From positions 86,616,001 through 86,680,000 of the forward strand of contig NW_024704743.1 in assembly GCF_018977255.1 (NCBI RefSeq): a DNA stretch of 64,000 nucleotides, written 5' to 3'. The notes under the pieces were generated by a model, which ran no database searches, had not been told where the DNA came from, and was given only the letters and a program-made list of their open reading frames with translations. Each line of letters opens with the position of its first letter. The stretch's first letter is position 1. Below are positions 61,851 to 64,000 of this stretch, one piece after another. Source of the stretch: Callorhinchus milii. Lineage: Eukaryota. Both the position numbers and the translations under genes were made by a program.

Positions 61851-63781
61851 TGTCATTCTGCATGTGGTATTTAGCTGAGCAAAAAAAAATCATGAAGTGC
61901 TGCATATTGGAACTGTAAGACATATATCGAAATCCATCACATCTTGAGGATCTAATTTGTGATTATTTGCTACTTGGATTCCCTAATAAAAAGTCCTATT
62001 TAAAAAAATCTTATTCATATAAATTCCTTTCAACCCTCAAAAATACCACTCCTGAAATGGAATGGAGTTCTTGTGGGTCAATGTGATGAAATTCTTGTTA
62101 CTAGAAGCAATCTCTATTTGCATGGCTCAAATTTGTTTTCAAAGAATGTTTAAGAAATAGAGTAAATTAAGCTCCCCTGGTTACATGAACATTTGTGTGA
62201 AAGATTTGACCAAGCCATGACTAGTTATTGATGGGATGTGCTTTGATCACCTAACACTTAGCAAAACGCTATATTTGGTTCACTGGTGTGGCTGCTCATT
62301 TTTGGGAGAGAGCAGCAAAACATTATTCTCTGAGAGCGCTGTACATAATTAGAGTCATGATGCTCATGTGCCCAAAATACATTCATTTCTTCATCACCAG
62401 TACAAGATGCTCCTCTGAGACTGGGGCTGATTCTCCTTGTTGGGACAGTTTTACTCTCCATTTAACAGTGCTGTATAGAGAGTACTTGATGCTCAAACCA
62501 GGGTCCCAAACCCTGTTAACTGCAGCAGCAAAAATATCTCGCTTCCTAATCAACACAAAATTTACAAGAATAAGAACTTACATAACGCCTTTTACTTGGT
62601 TAAATGTTTCAAATCACTTTACAGAGATGGAGAAAGAGCTTGAGCAGGGTGGGAGATGGGAGGTGGAGGCAGTAGAAGGAGGGAGATGAATAAAAATGCA
62701 GTCAAAGGGTTACATTTTTAGAAGAGTTTTGAAAGCAGAGAGGGGGGGATTTAGGGAGGGAGTTCCACAAAGGCTCATTCACTAAAGCAACAAATTGAGA
62801 AGAAAAATGGAAATAATTTAATCCAACGCTTCTTTAGGTTTGCAGACTAATTAAAGTGTAAATAAAAAGGCACCACAAGCAATGCAGCCCAACCGTCTTT
62901 CATTGAACCAGCTAAGGGTTAACCAATAATGACAATAATCAAGGAGATTCTTGTTCACAATTGTAGAACCATAAGCTGACTCCTCGGCAAGATCAGTGCA
63001 GCATGTAACCATGAGTGAACTCCATTCTTCAGAGTTAAGTACTACATGAAAGAAAACCATAAATTACCCCCAAACATCCATAATCACTTTCCTTCTTAGC
63101 AATCAGTGGTCTTTATCACATCTGAATTCAAGCTTTTCAAGAGATTCAGGTGAGTGCTCTGTGACTCTGCTGAAAAAAACGATATCAAAGCTTGAAGATA
63201 TGATTCGACTGACATTTCTAAAGAAAACTAAAGGAGTTGGGGGGAAAAACGGCATTGAAAAAGGATGAGGACTTCACACTCCAGATATTATCTGTAGTGC
63301 TTGCATTGGAACCTTTGAAGAGGCTTATTACTGTCTAACGTAAGAAAAAAAGTATGTTTGTGTACCGGAGAGAAGAATGTATAAGTATGCACCTACCAGT
63401 CATTGCTGTCACTGCAGCATGTCAGTTGTGGTGCAGACCTTTATTTCCTTCAGAAGGGAAGGTTTGCTTACATACTAGACAGTGCCAAATCTTATCATTC
63501 CTCAGATACAATGACAGTAAAAGGTTCAGAAAATACATCAGCGAGGAGCACAAATTCTATTTTTTTAAATTGGCTAAGGGATAATTTTGTAGTTAGGCTG
63601 TACCTTGTGATCAGATTTAGCTGAATGATAATTAAACTAATGAAAATAAAATTCAACATTCAGTCCTGCTGATGCCTCTGTGCCAGGCCCAAAGTAACCA
63701 AAACCCAAGGTCACTTTGAGATTAAATTTTTACCTCCACCTTCCAAAATCTTGAAGTCAAACCAAACTTTGTAGTTGTATC

Positions 63782-64000
63782 AGGGTTCAATTCCCGAGCA
63801 GGGCAAGACCCTAGGCATGTTTCCTTATTCCACACTCCTCTGTTTACCTAGCCAGTAAGTAGGAACACGGTTGTTAGTCGATTGACGGATCGCTTTCCGG
63901 GGGTAATAATCCCTTCAAAAAATAAAAATAAAAGTAATTTGGTCACTCAATCCATGACTTCTGTGCTCAATTGTCTGCTGCGTATCACCTACAAATCCAA
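63782..64000 (+). mobile_element. tRNA-derived SINE (long variant), runs to the window end
   Basis: gggttcaattccc...cctctgtttacctagccagtaagtaggaac...gatcgctttccgggggtaataatccc. Confidence 0.88.

Noticed and set aside
1..64000. CRISPR array, operon or other prokaryotic system
   Set aside because: No regularly spaced repeats or gene-dense coding; the sequence is vertebrate and dominated by retroposons.

Overview
Repeat-dense vertebrate non-coding DNA, either a long intron or intergenic sequence. The repeat content suggests a cartilaginous fish, probably a chimaera/holocephalan; this is an inference, not a database result. I recognise no intact host protein-coding gene, rRNA, true tRNA gene or CRISPR array, and most ORFs in the track are pieces or antisense shadows of decayed retroelements. 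The window holds about 11 L2-clade LINE fragments, several CR1-clade fragments and many copies of a young tRNA-headed SINE with CORE-like and Deu-like segments and an L2-type 3' tail. It also holds older DeuSINE-like copies, a hAT MITE with a perfect 8-bp TSD, and a decayed Academ-type (XPG/FEN-like) DNA transposon. Other notable structures are a near-perfect palindrome built from two Penelope-type minimal hammerhead motifs, an unclassified hairpin-ended repeat in six copies, a 179-bp tandem duplication across a nested LINE junction, a long inverted duplication around a unique spacer, and an orphan A-rich ORF of possible viral origin. Several unique blocks look like conserved non-coding enhancers. 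Repeat boundaries were read by eye and are approximate.
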